Origin: Balanoglossus misakiensis
Taxonomy: Eukaryota > Animalia > Hemichordata
Length of the DNA stretch: 64,000 nt
Direction of reading: 5' to 3'
Assembly: GCA_040954595.2 (NCBI GenBank)
Contig: CM082594.2
Coordinates: 11,102,276-11,166,275 of the forward strand
Shown here: positions 61,101 to 64,000 of the stretch, piece after piece
Layout: each line of letters opens with the position of its first letter
How positions within the stretch are numbered: position 1 is the stretch's first letter
Made by a program: the position numbers and the translations under genes
The notes under the pieces: model-generated
What the model was told of the DNA's origin: nothing
The model's input: the letters and a program-made list of their open reading frames with translations, nothing else
The model's database searches: none

Positions 61101-61892
61101 AACTTCAACGAAGCCAAATACATCAGTTTTTCCATGCTGGTGTACTTTCTATTGTGGCTAATCTACTTTCCGACATATTTCGGTACAAATGGTCGATTTA
61201 AGGCTCTGTGTCAAGTCATCCTACTTGTCGCGTCCAGTTACGCCTTGTTAATTTGCATTTTCTTTCCAAAATGCCACGTGATCATCTTCACGCCAGAGCT
61301 GAATTGTGCCAGTCACGCGAGGAGAATGACGTTGAACCACGCCGACAGACGGACTTCCGCCCTCATGGCGTTTCAGCGACGACTCAGTCTTTACGATGAT
61401 TTGGAAAGTTGTGGCGAATCGCGAACAGGGGGCGGTGGGAACCGAGGTTCTCGTGATGTGGTGAAGAAGTCAGTATCCAACAACTCCATCCAGTCGCGTT
61501 CATCCCTGCCGCCTGTTGATGAAAACGATTCAGAAGACTTTGAAGACGATGATGACAACAGAAAATCCTCTGACAACGACTTAGCAAATGACACATCACA
61601 GAAACTGGAACCAAACGACAAAACAACTAACGTCTTGTGGAAAATAAACGAAGGATTTGAACCTGATTCTGACGGTGAAACTGCTGACAAGAATGTTTGT
61701 GACTCAGACAGCGGAAACGAAGATGGACTGTCGTCGAACAACGACTGTGATCCAGATGTCGGACAAAACACAATATTGAGTGAAGACGATTCGTCTATAA
61801 TAATTAACTTTCCACCGAACACACATCAACCCATAGAAAACAATGAAGATGAAAACCATGAAATTGAAAAACAAATTCCCCTTCCGAGATAA
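58123..61892 (+). CDS. Class C GPCR, extracellular calcium-sensing receptor / GPRC6A-like
   Basis: 3 exons: 58123-58963 (signal peptide, GHVVLGGLF, AMVFAVEEIN..P.ILPNVTLGY, VIGASGS, FLRTVPSD, WDWVG), 59156-60328 (IASEAW, NPW, VYLAVYSIAYALH, cysteine-rich domain PSSRCNDPC…CCYECVHC) and 60433-61892 (7TM: TPVVKASNRELS, KTHRI, RKLPENFNEAKYISFSM, FFPKC; acidic tail). Confidence 0.93.
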
Positions 61893-62120
61893 TACTTTCG
61901 GGCAATCTAAAGGATTAATTTCCGTATGGATTCGACCCTCCAAACTTTTCTTTCCAACACCAAAATTCCGTAGTGCTGCTCTTTCCAAATAGGGCCGTAG
62001 TCTTCAAAAATAAACCCTATCGGAAGTTAAAAAGGCAATGATGTAAATTATAGACTTTACAAAATAATGTTCAAACACATTGTGAGAAAGGCGGTGTATA
62101 TAGACACACAAAAAATCGTC

Positions 62121-62170
62121 CACCACCACCACCACCACCACCACCACCACCACCACCACCACCACCACCA
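62121..62170. repeat. (CAC)n trinucleotide microsatellite
   Basis: About 16 perfect CAC units; source of the poly-His and poly-Trp ORF artefacts. Confidence 0.95.
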
Positions 62171-62214
62171 TTGTCCTTTTACTAGACCTTCATCTATATT
62201 GTCGACTTCTTTAC

Positions 62215-62542
62215 CTGTAGTTTTGGCCACTTTTGCAATGAGTCCGGGACGTGGACGGCCTGAAAAAGACTCAGCTTTTTTAACAAGTGCTTCTTTCAGG
62301 ACGTCATACCCACACAATACCAAAGCGTACTCTAGACCAAGCCGAATGGCATAGACATCGCCATATTTACTCGCCAGGTTTGTCAGAGTAACATGTGGTT
62401 GATTCCCAAGCTGAAATAGGCATCCGACGACTGGCCATCCTGACGGACCAGGTGGGAGACCAGCAGGTTTCTTCAATAAAATGTAGTAGATAGACAACAA
62501 GATCAGAAGAACCAGGAGACCGAATTGTAACATGGTGCACAT
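62215..62542 (-). CDS. Cytochrome P450 (CYP2 clan) first coding exon only; no further exons found in the window (possible gene fragment)
   Basis: MCTMLQFGLLVLLILLSIYYILLKKPAGLPPGPSGWPVVGCLFQLG..PH..LT.LA.KYGDVY.IRLG...LVL.GYDVLKEALVKKAE.FSGRP, ending at CAG|GTAAAG (phase 1). Confidence 0.8.
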
Positions 62543-63691
62543 GAATGCATTAAAACGGCAACTTCTTCGAGTCGTCGAGCAGGCCAAATGCAAAAGTAGG
62601 CAAAGGTCACAATTTTGAAATACAATGGTCGCTTGGCTAAACCTGTAATGATTTATGAAACATAAGAAATACGTGTTGACCTCTTCGACCAGTATTTAGA
62701 CAAACTGTCACTCTCAACCTCAACTAGTTGACAAACGAGTCTGTGACCTCTTAGGGAACTTTCAAAGTCCACAAGATGCCTGGGCAGGTGAGAATACTAG
62801 TACTGGTCTTCGAATTTCTACCAGTACAAGAAGGGATTTCCCCCCTACATAGCGCCACCATGCGACGTGTCTTCGCAAGGAAGCTAGATCCCCAAAAGAC
62901 CGACAAAAATGTCGTACGTCACCTATCTTGGTTAAATTCCCCCCTTTCTCGCAATTTATTATGGTTACAGCGCCATTGTGGGGTCTTAATGGGGTTAATG
63001 TACCTTTGGCAAAACACGTACAACAAAACAAATTGAGGGACTTGTATGAAAGTCGCAATAGCTTTAAGGTTTGAAGAGAGAGAAGTGAAATCAAGTTTTT
63101 TTGCAGAGAAATGTACAGAAAGATTGTTGGAAAAAGGAAGTTCATAATATTAAAGAGTGGTTAATTCAAGGCATATAATAGCAGTTGTTTGTCGCGCCAC
63201 CTGTTTGATTTTTGTTGGTCGATTCATAGTAAAAGTGGAAGTTTCTCTCGATCGACCGTTTGAATGCGCCATTGTGTAAAAGGGGAAGAATTTTCAAGGT
63301 GAAAGTTCTGTCGACGGCAACATATTTGATTCTTTGGCAACTTAATCAAATACCCCAAGTGACCAGAAGATTTATAAAGGACGGAAATGATAATTGTAGG
63401 CTACATATAATTTTTTTTTTATTTTAAACCTTTAAGTATAAGGTTACATTTAAAGTTCATAAACCAACTCGCATAAAAATGCAAGGGAAACTGAAATATG
63501 AAATTTCGCGATGCCAGATCCAGGGTTTACCTTTCAGATTAATGCGAAACGTCAGTACGTGCATATAACTGTCTCTTGATGAGCTCTTTGATGACGTTGC
63601 CACGGTAACATGTATGGCGTAATAGTAAAAGCATTGTCATTCAAAGCGACTACACAAAGGATCGGGATATCCTGAAAGAGGCTGCTTATAA

Positions 63692-63885
63692 ACCGGAAGT
63701 AAACAGTCAAGATGGCGGCTCGCTCGAAATGCCCCAGGTTCATTATGCGTTGAAGATGCTTTACGTTTGTAGGTATTTTTGGAAGCTGTATGCGCAACTT
63801 TGAGCTCTCTTCCGCTTCTCTTTACCCCGCCGCTACGTTTGAGTGAAGTGACGCTAAAGAAAAATCGCCATGGCAAGATCTGTCA
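63692..63885 (+). promoter_or_regulatory. Housekeeping-type promoter and probable first exon of an unidentified gene continuing beyond the window
   Basis: ETS ACCGGAAGT 63692-63700, YY1 CAAGATGGCGGC 63708-63719, Kozak GCCATGG at 63870 (MARSV) followed by donor GTAAGT at 63886. Confidence 0.55.
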
Positions 63886-64000
63886 GTAAGTACACACTTT
63901 CCCCATCACCACCGTTGAAATGATGAACCTGTATGTTACAAGCCAAGCTTAGCCTGCGTTATGGGCATCATATTTGCTGGGCATGAATGTTCGCGTTTTC

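Noticed and set aside
58131-61822. Antisense ORFs over the GPCR, and similar ones over STK11IP and the 145-aa ORF
   Set aside because: Shadow frames of genuine coding exons.
62057-62214. Poly-Trp extension of the CYP ORF and the opposite poly-His ORF
   Set aside because: Read-through past the donor at 62215 into a (CAC)n repeat.

Overview
AT-rich, intron-rich animal genomic DNA, probably from an invertebrate deuterostome (the taxon is an inference). Protein-coding content in order: the 3' part of a gel-forming mucin/vWF/hemocytin-like gene (+, TIL-VWD-C8-TIL-VWC-like-CTCK), an orphan 145-aa Ser-rich ORF (-), STK11IP (-), a HIG1-domain gene (+), RSU1 (-), HAT1 (-), aralar/citrin SLC25A12/13 (+), a CaSR-like class C GPCR (+), an isolated first exon of a CYP2-clan P450 (-), and the promoter/first exon of an unidentified gene (+). 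The most notable feature is in the apparent gap between RSU1 and HAT1: a multi-exon non-coding + strand host transcript whose last three introns each contain a 255-317 nt box C/D RNA (terminal stem, C, D', long internal stem with a large U-rich loop, C', D). Two copies carry the D-box guide GATTATGAGA, complementary to the elongator tRNA-Met anticodon loop and placing wobble C34 at D+5. The third lacks that guide and instead carries AGACGCGTTAT, complementary to tRNA D-arm sequence. They look like SNORD97/SCARNA97(SNORD133)-family tRNA guides whose two antisense elements are split between paralogues. Reference sequences were recalled from memory, not aligned, and exon coordinates were read by eye and may be off by a few nt.
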